Shown here piece by piece: positions 1 to 8,858 of a stretch of DNA of 64,000 nucleotides; position 1 is the first letter of the stretch; each line of letters begins with the position of its first letter. This DNA is from Ignavibacteria bacterium (GTDB lineage: Bacteria; Bacteroidota; Ignavibacteria; Kapaibacteriales; UBA2268). The stretch spans positions 209 to 64,208 of the forward strand of contig JAISJI010000064.1 of the NCBI GenBank assembly GCA_031261605.1, written 5' to 3'. Made by a program: the position numbers and the translations under genes. The notes beneath the pieces were generated by a model. It saw only the letters and a program-made list of their open reading frames with translations, did no database searches and was not told the origin of the DNA.

Positions 1-1158
1 TCTTTGCGATACGCATCAGATGCAGTCATCGTATCAAAACACTTCAATCTCGGATACATACTATCTTCATATACCCAATCGTCAGTGCCCAAAATGCTCT
101 GTAAGGCAGTGCCTGTAAGGGTGCCGTTGGTCGTTAGTTTGCCCTCCGCCTGCCCTGCTACATCTACGCCGTTGATGCCACCATAAGGACACATCTGGCG
201 GTCGTAATAGTTGGAGGTGGTGGAAACTTCTGCTTGTCTCGATATTCCAGAAGCACGACTGGGGCTATTGGCGAGGCAAACGCCAATGGTTAAACATTTT
301 TGGACTGTTCCGCCATTTACAATCCCCATTAGTTGTCCACTTGTTGCATTATTAGTAAATCCAGCATTAATGCAATTAATCGTTTTTGCAAGATATGTCG
401 TACCATCTGATATACCATGTACCGGTCTACCATAAGGACTATTATTAGAAAGATTTCCAAGATTTAAACAATTAAATATTTTTGCAGGTTGAGACAATAC
501 ACTTAGCCCTGAAACTTGTGATGCGTCACTAACAACTATATTTCCAGCATTAATACAATTTTTCATATTAGTATCGGGATTAGATGAAGGAACGCTAATA
601 CGAGGAAATATCATTCCTGAAATAGAAGCAGCACGGCTATTGATAGTAATATTAACGAAACTTATACAATTTATCGGAACTGCGAAAGAGCGGGAGCATA
701 ATGGAGAAAAACTGTGGTAGTAACCATTAAGCAATGTATCAATTTTAATGTATCCATCTATAACTAAATTTTTAACTACGGAATTTTCGGACAAAAAAAA
801 ACAGACCAATATACCCAGAACTATCAATAATAGAATTATCAAATGCTATTGTTATCTTGTGATAATTGCCATCAAATATACCCCTAAATGGTTTGGCAAG
901 ATAATTTACACTTGAATTATTTTCAAAGCCAATTCCTATTCGTAATGTATCAATATCATTTACAAGTATGAAATATTTGCCTGTCATTGGCTTATTATGT
1001 ATGACTGAATCGTTTAATTCTAACATATCGTCTACGGAAGTAATTTGATATGGATTGCCAGCAGTGCCATTACCACCAGAGAATCCATAAACTGGAGCGA
1101 ATGCACAAACACAAACACAAAATAAAACTATTAAATTACAAAAATATTTGCTTGTCAT
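1..1158 (-). pseudogene. GLUG/beta-helix-like secreted surface protein, frameshifted at a T9 tract; 3' end runs off the window
   Basis: Signal peptide followed by FSGGNGTAGNPYQITS...FRGIFDGNYHKI. The listed ORF stops at 772. Removing one base from the A9 run (793-801) gives GLFFLSENSVVKNLVIDG... with NCxNxG repeats, open to position 1. Confidence 0.75.
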
Positions 1159-1249
1159 TATAGTAACCTCTATATAATTAATTTATAATATTACCACAGT
1201 ATACATATAATTTGGGAATAAAAAATAATGAGAGGAAATATTTTTATCT

Positions 1250-1984
1250 TTACACTTTACCGAACTTACGCTCCCGTTCGCTATACCAAAGAATTGCTTC
1301 ATAGAGCGCCTCTTTTGTGAAAGCGGGCCAATATTTTTCTGTGAAATACAACTCAGCGTATGCACCTTCCCATAGTAAAAAGTTGCTGAGCCGCTGTTCG
1401 CCACTGGTGCGTATGATTAAATCAACATCGGGCAGAGCATTTGTGGTAAGGAGTGAAGCGAAAAAGTCCTCGTCCGCTTCGTTAATTTGAGTGAGCGAAT
1501 GCTTTGACAACTCTTTCGCAGCATTGAGGATATCAGCACGACCTCCATAGTTTAACGCAAGGACAAGATTAAGTCCAGTGTTATGCTGTGTCACTTGTGA
1601 GCAGCGTTGAATCTGGTTAAGACAGCCATTTGGGAGTTTAGTAAGGTCTCCAATGAATTGCATACGGACATTATTTTGATGCAACTCATCCAATTCGGAT
1701 GCTAGGTAGAGTTCTAGGAGTGTCATTAAGCCATTAATTTCATCCGTGCTACGCTTCCAGTTTTCCGAACTAAAAGCGTAGAGTGTAATGCAAGGGATTT
1801 GGAGTTGCGAGCATGCTTTTACGACTTCTTTAACGACCAAAATGCCTGCTGAATGCCCTTGTAATCGTGGTAATCGGTAGTGTTGTGCCCATCTTCCATT
1901 ACCATCCATAATAAAGCCGATGTGTTTAGGTATAGAGCAATTGAGTGAAGTGAGGTATTCGGAGTAATTTTTCCAATGTTCCAT
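1250..1984 (-). CDS. uppS: undecaprenyl diphosphate synthase (cis-prenyltransferase)
   Basis: [44 protein letters not shown] motifs. Confidence 0.97.
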   Translation of the reverse strand: MEHWKNYSEYLTSLNCSIPKHIGFIMDGNGRWAQHYRLPRLQGHSAGILVVKEVVKACSQLQIPCITLYAFSSENWKRSTDEINGLMTLLELYLASELDELHQNNVRMQFIGDLTKLPNGCLNQIQRCSQVTQHNTGLNLVLALNYGGRADILNAAKELSKHSLTQINEADEDFFASLLTTNALPDVDLIIRTSGEQRLSNFLLWEGAYAELYFTEKYWPAFTKEALYEAILWYSERERKFGKV

Positions 1985-2040
1985 AGTATATTTGTATTGT
2001 TCATAAGTTATGAGTGGGGGAGTTTATGTATAGTTCAACT

Positions 2041-3195
2041 TTACATAATGTGGGTTATATTGAATTTTGAATTTGTTATTCTATGTGATTCATATATGAA
2101 CTCTCGATTCACTCGCTGCGAAATTGCCGCAGTCCTCTCATATGGAATGGAATATGATAATTCCGCAAGTTCATATACATCAATTTCTTCATTGCCTTGC
2201 TTCCCAAATATTACAACTTCATCACCACGCTTTACATCGCTATCAGTAATATCTACCATAAACTCGTCCATACAGATAGAACCTACTGAATTATAGCGAG
2301 TTCCATTGATTAGAACTTGAAAACGATTACTCAAATTACGTGGTAAGCCATCTGCATAACCCATTGGCACAACAGCAATTACCATATCTCGTTGTGCAGT
2401 ATAGGTTTGGCTATAGCCAATAAAATCGCCTTTTGGGACATTTAGCACTAACATTACACGAGATTTAAGTGTCATTACTGGTTTTAGGTTTAATTTATTG
2501 GCGAGTTGCTTAGTTGGCATCATCCCATAGAGAGAAATACCCGGACGCACCATAGAGTAGTGTGCTTTTGGATAATTTGCTATACCGGCACTATTTGCAG
2601 CGTGTATGTATTTGAAGTGGAAGCCAGCATTTTCCAAACTACTGCGAACTTTCTCAAATGCAGAAAGTTGCTTATCAGCGAAGTCAATTTCTGGCGAGTC
2701 AGACGTTGCAAGGTGTGTCATAAGTCCAACAACATTAATATTGGGCTTATCTTTTACATAATCCATCACCGCAAGAGCATCTTTTGGTGGAAAACCATCG
2801 CGGTGCATACCAGTATCTACATATAGATGTCCTGTAATTACTGCATCACGCTCTCTGGCACGTTGCTCAAATGCTTGCACAATATCAAAAGAGGAAAATG
2901 CTGTCTCTATATTGGAATCTATAAATGTGTCTGCATCGGTTGGTTCTGGCGATACCATTACAAGTATTTTGCCATTATCCCCGTTATCACGCAAGAGTTT
3001 TGCTTCCGTGATAAGTGCTACTCCCAGGTACTCCACCTTTTCTGTGCGAAATATGCGCGAGACATCAATGACACTATGACCATAGCCATTTGCTTTAACC
3101 ATTGCAAGAATGGGGATATTTCCTACTTGCTGGCGAACCATCTGTAAGTTATGTCGTAAATTTCTTGTATTTATTTCTGCTATTGTTATTGCCAT
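2041..3195 (-). CDS. alr: alanine racemase
   Basis: AMVKANGYGH (PLP lysine), VDTGMHRDG, HAANSA, VRPGISLYG, GYADG, VGSICMD. Confidence 0.97.
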   Translation of the reverse strand: MAITIAEINTRNLRHNLQMVRQQVGNIPILAMVKANGYGHSVIDVSRIFRTEKVEYLGVALITEAKLLRDNGDNGKILVMVSPEPTDADTFIDSNIETAFSSFDIVQAFEQRARERDAVITGHLYVDTGMHRDGFPPKDALAVMDYVKDKPNINVVGLMTHLATSDSPEIDFADKQLSAFEKVRSSLENAGFHFKYIHAANSAGIANYPKAHYSMVRPGISLYGMMPTKQLANKLNLKPVMTLKSRVMLVLNVPKGDFIGYSQTYTAQRDMVIAVVPMGYADGLPRNLSNRFQVLINGTRYNSVGSICMDEFMVDITDSDVKRGDEVVIFGKQGNEEIDVYELAELSYSIPYERTAAISQRVNREFIYESHRITNSKFNITHIM

Positions 3196-3218
3196 AATTA
3201 GATTAAGTTAATGAATTG

Positions 3219-5474
3219 CTATTCTCTAATGATATTTTTTGTCAAATTTCCTTCTGCTGTTTCAATGCAAATGGAATACGCACCAATAGGTAAAAATATA
3301 TTGGTAATAGAAAATAAATCTGATACCATATTGTATGTTTTTGAAAAAACTACTTCGCCTATAGCATTGTATATTAACACTTTATTGATTGTTTTTACTG
3401 TATTAAATGAAATATACAATGAGTTGGTAAATGGATTGGGATATACACTAAAATCGGAATGTTCCTTGTCAAAAGGTATTGCCAGAATAGTTAGCGAATG
3501 CTTTGGAAATTGATATGTGAAATCATTCCAGTTATTATTTGGCAATACTTCCAAATCCAAATTCTTCTCTATTGGACGAACTTTATCGGGCTCATCTGCC
3601 GTGTTATAATCCAAATAATTATTACTCGTAAGTTCGTATATCTTCCCTATCGGGCGAATAAATTTTGTATCAATTTTTACTTCCGTTGTCATCGCATAAT
3701 TTGGGTTGCGGTTTACAACGGCAATGAATAGTGTATCATCTGTAATTGTGGTAGTTGCATCAATCCAAGGAGTTTCATATGCCCAGTAAATAGGTGGCTC
3801 AACACACGTATAAGTTCCGCATTCAACAGCATTATCCACTACATAATCGCCTCTATGCCTGTCTAGCATAACGAGTGAATGAAATGAAGGAGTTGGGTAG
3901 ATTACTTTTTTACCTTTTGCGTCTAATTCATAATTTATCATACCAAGTTTAAAGCATCTGGCTGCAAATAAAACTGCTTGTGGATATTTCAATAAGTTAT
4001 TGTAAAACAATGAATTCCAAAGACCTGCTTCGAGAGAAATGTTACGCTTGACTGTATTATCTAAATCCCAATCATCATTAATGCCATAAGTAGCACCCCA
4101 TTCGGTAACTGCCAATTTCACATTAGGATATTTATCCGCAATTTTCTGTGAGTGTTCTTTCACAGTATTACCATAAGTAGCATACATTTCGTATAAAAAT
4201 ACTTTTTCGTCATCATAAGTATCGTTAACATAACCATTCCATCCCCCATAGACGTGGTAGCCATAGCCATTTGTAATTCCATTTAATCCGGTTAGCAATG
4301 AATCCATAGTTACCAAATCGCCAGCATTTCCATTTACAATAGAAAAGAAAGAATTGTCAACTGCCCTCATTGCAGCATCATATCTCTTGCAATTTTTAAT
4401 TATTCTATCCATACTCCAATAAAAATATCGTTCATTCTCTAATTCCCAATATTTTACATTATACGGCATTGGGTGACCATTTGCTTTTCGGATTTTACCC
4501 CAAGTTGTATTCGTATCTCCATTGCAATACTCTATGTAGTTTGCCGACTCATCTTCAGTTCGGCAGGGATTTATCACCAATAGCGGCTCCATATCAAGCA
4601 TTTCGCATAGTTTCATATATTCATCCGTGCCAAAATCATAGCGTTGCGTATAAACAGTATGCTCCAATGGTAAGAATAGCAATGTCTTTCGCTGGTCAAT
4701 ATCATATATGCTTCCATACCAATCATTCTCCAATATCTCTGCAAAAAATCCACCAGGATAACGCATTATCGTCGGCTTCCAAATACGTAGCAATTCTATC
4801 CATTCCTTGCGTATACCATTTTCATTATCCGTTGGCATAAGCGACACTTCGTCAAAATACACAGTTCCAGAACCTTTGTATGTGATAGCAAAATTAAGTG
4901 TATATTGATTTTGTATTGCTGGAATTTCAAATTCTATTTTTGTCCAAGCATCGCTATTTATCGGCAACTCTTTTTCAAAAAAGCGTTGCTGGTTCAGAGT
5001 ATCAAATAGGACGATTTTTGCAACGCCATTGGCATTTTCGCTACGAGCGTAGATGTAACAGTTATGTGAAATCTCGTCATTAATGCGAATCAATTGATAT
5101 ATTCCACTCTCTACATATTCAGCATTTTCAATACGTAATTGATTATTGTCTGTCCTATTGTAACCGCCTTCAACTATTGTAACATTATCCTTATTAGCAA
5201 CGGTGTCTCTATCGTTGAAGTATCTACTCCAATGCTGGTAAGTTTCTCTCTCATTATAAACTTCCTCAAATCCCCTATCCATAATCTCTTGCGCCCACAG
5301 ACCGCAGTATCCATTAACGAAATCATTAGCCAATTCTATGAAACCACCATTAATCAATTTAGAAATTTTATTAGAATTTACATTTTTTGTATTGATTGTT
5401 ATTTTTGCAGTATTGTCTGCGTGTAAAGAAATTGAAATGGCAAAAAGCAATAGTAGCGGAATTATTTTTATCAT
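3219..5474 (-). CDS. GH51 alpha-L-arabinofuranosidase-like glycoside hydrolase with T9SS C-terminal domain
   Basis: Signal peptide; RYPGG, FGTDEY, YNVKYWELENE, AVTEWG motifs; C-terminal VYPNP...KNIIRE sorting domain. Confidence 0.85.
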   Translation of the reverse strand: MIKIIPLLLLFAISISLHADNTAKITINTKNVNSNKISKLINGGFIELANDFVNGYCGLWAQEIMDRGFEEVYNERETYQHWSRYFNDRDTVANKDNVTIVEGGYNRTDNNQLRIENAEYVESGIYQLIRINDEISHNCYIYARSENANGVAKIVLFDTLNQQRFFEKELPINSDAWTKIEFEIPAIQNQYTLNFAITYKGSGTVYFDEVSLMPTDNENGIRKEWIELLRIWKPTIMRYPGGFFAEILENDWYGSIYDIDQRKTLLFLPLEHTVYTQRYDFGTDEYMKLCEMLDMEPLLVINPCRTEDESANYIEYCNGDTNTTWGKIRKANGHPMPYNVKYWELENERYFYWSMDRIIKNCKRYDAAMRAVDNSFFSIVNGNAGDLVTMDSLLTGLNGITNGYGYHVYGGWNGYVNDTYDDEKVFLYEMYATYGNTVKEHSQKIADKYPNVKLAVTEWGATYGINDDWDLDNTVKRNISLEAGLWNSLFYNNLLKYPQAVLFAARCFKLGMINYELDAKGKKVIYPTPSFHSLVMLDRHRGDYVVDNAVECGTYTCVEPPIYWAYETPWIDATTTITDDTLFIAVVNRNPNYAMTTEVKIDTKFIRPIGKIYELTSNNYLDYNTADEPDKVRPIEKNLDLEVLPNNNWNDFTYQFPKHSLTILAIPFDKEHSDFSVYPNPFTNSLYISFNTVKTINKVLIYNAIGEVVFSKTYNMVSDLFSITNIFLPIGAYSICIETAEGNLTKNIIRE

Positions 5475-5565
5475 ATTTTTTTGTAACTAAGCAAGAATTA
5501 TCTATTTTTACCCCACAATTTAATCATTTTTATCCAATTTTGAATTATATATCGTTATTTTTAAC

Positions 5566-5573
5566 TATATTTG
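5566..5573 (+). promoter_or_regulatory. FCB-type primary-sigma -7 element TATATTTG
   Basis: Matches TAnnTTTG about 30 bp upstream of the 5603 start. Confidence 0.5.
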
Positions 5574-5602
5574 AACTCGTTTAACTAACATATAAAATAA
5601 AT

Positions 5603-6301
5603 ATGCAAAAAACTTTACTATTATTAACCCTATTTCTATCTGCCATCGCTCTTAATGCACAAGATGTTATGCTACTATACGATTTCGGCAGAGCCGGACA
5701 TCACAGCTACGAGGATGGACCGCATACCACCACTACTGTAGAAAACTTCTCTGCTGATAAGTGGGGCTCATCCTATTACTTTGTTGATATGTATTACAAA
5801 AGCAACGGAGTAAATGGTGCTTACTGGGAAATCTCCCGAGAACTAAAATTTTGGGATGCTCCCATATCCGCTCATATTGAATATAATGGTGGATTAAATC
5901 TCGGATTCCCATTTAACCACGCATATTTGGCGGGTGCTACCTATTCACTAAATAGCGATGATTTCAAACGTGGCATCTCTTTTACTGCAATGTATAAGTA
6001 TATCTACAAACAAGAGGAGCCACACAACTTCCAACTCACTGCGGTATGGCATTGGAACTTTGCTGATGGTCTATGTGATTTCTCCGGCTTTATAGATTTT
6101 TGGAAAGAAAAGCAACCGGGCATAGATGCCGATTTTGTTTTCTTATCCCAGCCGGAATTATGGCTAAATCTAAATCATATTTCCGGTGTTCCAAAGGAGT
6201 TCAATCTGAGTGTAGGAACGGAAGTAGAATTCAACTATAACTTCGCTTATGTTAAAGGATTCCACTGTTTGCCTGCATTAGGAGTTAAATGGACATTTTA
6301 A
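5603..6301 (+). CDS. DUF5020 / Tsx-like outer-membrane channel
   Basis: Signal peptide; YDFGR, TTTVE..DKWGS.Y.FVD, AYWEISREL, HIEYNGG; C-terminal KWTF beta-barrel signal. Confidence 0.8.
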   Translation: MQKTLLLLTLFLSAIALNAQDVMLLYDFGRAGHHSYEDGPHTTTTVENFSADKWGSSYYFVDMYYKSNGVNGAYWEISRELKFWDAPISAHIEYNGGLNLGFPFNHAYLAGATYSLNSDDFKRGISFTAMYKYIYKQEEPHNFQLTAVWHWNFADGLCDFSGFIDFWKEKQPGIDADFVFLSQPELWLNLNHISGVPKEFNLSVGTEVEFNYNFAYVKGFHCLPALGVKWTF

Positions 6302-6329
6302 TAAATAATAATATGTAAAGGAGAAAAAT

Positions 6330-6707
6330 ATGCCACTTGCAGATGATTTGATTTTGAAAAATAACGAGCTGCAAAACCAAAATGAATTATTGAATAATGA
6401 AAATGAAAAGTTGCGCAAGCAAATTGAAGAGTTGAAAAAAACAAACGAAAGGTTGAATAAAAAACTTCAAGATATGACCAATAAATGCAATATCGTAAAA
6501 GCAAAAAATAAAGATGCTTCCAAAGAGATTGAGAAGTTAATTGTGGAAAAATCAGCTTTGTTTATTTCAAATGATAAACTGAAGGATGAATTAAAAGTTT
6601 TGAACGAAAAGTATATTGCGTTGGGCGAAGAAAGCGCTCTAATGTTTATTGAATTAAAGAAGCTGAATGAAATAGAAAATGAAGAATACAATATATTCAA
6701 ACTATAA
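6330..6707 (+). CDS. hypothetical coiled-coil protein
   Basis: 125 aa, heptad pattern rich in L/E/K/N; AAGGAG Shine-Dalgarno upstream. Confidence 0.6.
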   Translation: MPLADDLILKNNELQNQNELLNNENEKLRKQIEELKKTNERLNKKLQDMTNKCNIVKAKNKDASKEIEKLIVEKSALFISNDKLKDELKVLNEKYIALGEESALMFIELKKLNEIENEEYNIFKL

Positions 6708-6715
6708 TCTGAACT

Positions 6716-6755
6716 AAAAAAATCCCTGCAATGTTGTAATTACAGGGATTTCTTT
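6716..6755. terminator. bidirectional intrinsic terminator
   Basis: A-tract, AATCCCTG...CAGGGATT inverted repeat and T-tract between the convergent CDS and tRNA. Confidence 0.7.
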
Positions 6756-6759
6756 GATG

Positions 6760-6833
<74 letters not shown>

Positions 6834-6856
6834 ATCCTAACTAATAAAAGCGAACA

Positions 6857-6864
6857 CAAAATTA
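6857..6864 (-). promoter_or_regulatory. -7 promoter element TAATTTTG for tRNA-Arg
   Basis: TAnnTTTG match 24 bp upstream of the tRNA, preceded by an A-tract. Confidence 0.55.
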
Positions 6865-6894
6865 ACACTTTTTTCCCAATTTACAAAACTTTTT

Positions 6895-7863
6895 CTATTT
6901 TTGCTCTATTTTTCTCTTATGCACTAGCAAACATCTATTGACAATGTTCTCTGCTGTAAAGCCAAAATGCCTCATTAATTCATCTGGCTCGCCACTTTCT
7001 CCAAATCTGTCTTGCATTGCAATCATCTCCATAGGAACAGGATACTTCCCTACCACAACCTCTGCAACTGCACTTCCTAATCCACCATAGATTTGATGTT
7101 CCTCTGCGGTAACTATCGCTCCACATTTCTTAGCATAAGCACTGATAGTATCCGCATCTATCGGCTTTATTGTATGGCAATTTATTACAGCAACATTGAG
7201 ATTATATTTTGTTTCCAACTCCCCTGCTGCCTGCAATGCTTCCCATACCAATGCACCACAAGCAACAATACAAACATCAGTTCCATCACGTAAAACATCC
7301 GCCTTGCCAATTTGAAAATCATCATCCGCATTAGTGAATATTGCTGTTTTCGCTCTACTTAGTCGTATGTATGCTGGACCTATATGCTCTGCAACTGCTA
7401 TTGTTGCCTTCTTTGCTTGCTCGTAATCGCACGGCACAACTATTGTCATATTGGGCAAAGTCCGCAGTAGTCCTATATCCTCAAGACATTGATGAGTAGC
7501 GCCATCGGGACCAACAGTAACACCAGAATGACCGCCTGCTATCTTAACATTAGCATTATTGTAGCAAACGGAAACGCGTAATTGGTCGGCATTACGAAAT
7601 GTGGCAAACGCTGCATAAGCAGAAAAGAAAGCAACTTTACCCGATAATGCAAGCCCTACCGCTATTGTGGTAGCGTTCTGCTCTGCTATACCAACCGATA
7701 TAAAGCGTTCCGGATGCTTCTCCGCAAAGAAAGAAGTCAATACTGAACCTGTAACATCAGCACCAATAACTACTATACGACTATCTTTATCGCCTTGTTC
7801 AGCCAATGCTTCGCCAAATCCTTGACGTGTAGGTTTTGTTCCTTTTGATATATATTTATTCAT
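6895..7863 (-). CDS. transketolase, C-terminal (pyrimidine-binding) subunit
   Basis: TRQGFGEAL, GIAEQN, GPDGATHQ, EEHQIYGGLGSAVAE. Confidence 0.93.
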   Translation of the reverse strand: MNKYISKGTKPTRQGFGEALAEQGDKDSRIVVIGADVTGSVLTSFFAEKHPERFISVGIAEQNATTIAVGLALSGKVAFFSAYAAFATFRNADQLRVSVCYNNANVKIAGGHSGVTVGPDGATHQCLEDIGLLRTLPNMTIVVPCDYEQAKKATIAVAEHIGPAYIRLSRAKTAIFTNADDDFQIGKADVLRDGTDVCIVACGALVWEALQAAGELETKYNLNVAVINCHTIKPIDADTISAYAKKCGAIVTAEEHQIYGGLGSAVAEVVVGKYPVPMEMIAMQDRFGESGEPDELMRHFGFTAENIVNRCLLVHKRKIEQK

Positions 7864-8743
7864 TGTTTGTATCCTCCAATTCTTTTAATGCTTCCTCTGC
7901 TTGCGCTATTGTAGGTGGATTGCCGTGCCATTGATATTTATCGTGCATTAGCGAAATTTCATTACCCATAATAGTTTTGGCGATTATGCAAGTCGGTTTG
8001 TTGATTTTATTTTTATGATTTGCATTAAACTGCTCATAACCCGATATTACTTGCTCTACGTCATTTCCATTAAGTTCAATAACAGCAAAACCAAAGCTTT
8101 CAAACTTCTCTTTCAGCGGGTATATGGACATCACCTCCTTTACCCTGCCATCTATCTGGCAATCATTGTTATCTACAATCCAGCAAAGGTTATCTAAATG
8201 ATGCATACTTGCAGACATTGCCGCTTCCCAGCAACTTCCCTCTTGCAACTCGCCATCACCAGATAAACAGAATACCTTATGCGAATTTTTATCTATCAAT
8301 TTATCGCTCATAGCCATTCCAACGGCTATTGATACGCCTTGACCAAGTGAGCCGGTTGTGGTCTCAATACCAGGAGTAAAGCCAAATCCAGCAGGATGCC
8401 CTTGCAGGCGTGTTCCCAATTTACGCAAAGTCGCAAGTTCGGACGTAGGAAAATATCCGCAATGTGCTAAGCAAGAATATAAGACAGGGACGTAATGTCC
8501 GGGACTTAATATAAACCTATCTCGCTCCTTCCAAGTAGGATTAGTAGCGTCATAACGCATAACTCCACCAAAGTGCAGAACAGCCATTAACTCCGCTATA
8601 CCTAGTGCACCGCCGGGATGACCCGAACCTGCAAGTGCCAGCGACTTCAATATATCCCGCTTCAACTCTTTGGTTATTGCTGCATAGTCATCCGGCTTGC
8701 GTTGCTCGTTTGAAAAAATAATATCGTTAAACGAAAAACTCAT
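7856..8743 (-). CDS. transketolase, N-terminal (TPP-binding) subunit
   Basis: SGHPGGAL, RDRFILS.GH, LQGHP, TGSLGQG, GDGELQEG..WEAAM. Confidence 0.93.
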   Translation of the reverse strand: MSFSFNDIIFSNEQRKPDDYAAITKELKRDILKSLALAGSGHPGGALGIAELMAVLHFGGVMRYDATNPTWKERDRFILSPGHYVPVLYSCLAHCGYFPTSELATLRKLGTRLQGHPAGFGFTPGIETTTGSLGQGVSIAVGMAMSDKLIDKNSHKVFCLSGDGELQEGSCWEAAMSASMHHLDNLCWIVDNNDCQIDGRVKEVMSIYPLKEKFESFGFAVIELNGNDVEQVISGYEQFNANHKNKINKPTCIIAKTIMGNEISLMHDKYQWHGNPPTIAQAEEALKELEDTNNE

Positions 8744-8858
8744 TTGCTCATAATTTTGTGATTAATAAAGCCCTAAAATTACGACTTTTTTATGAATATA
8801 TTGTCTATCGAAGGACATTTTGTGGAAAAAAGTAGAATGCCGAATTTTGATGTTCAGT

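Noticed and set aside
1104-1121. (CACAAA)x3 in the signal-peptide coding region
   Set aside because: In-frame hexamer with only three copies; cannot shift the frame
6230-6257. dif-like string TTCAACTATAA-CTTCGC-TTATGTTAAAG
   Set aside because: Good XerD-like arm and 6-bp spacer, but a poor XerC arm, and it lies inside the coding sequence of the DUF5020 gene; likely chance
6895-8743. Transketolase in two overlapping ORFs as a possible frameshift
   Set aside because: Two-subunit transketolases are a well-known normal arrangement and both halves are complete
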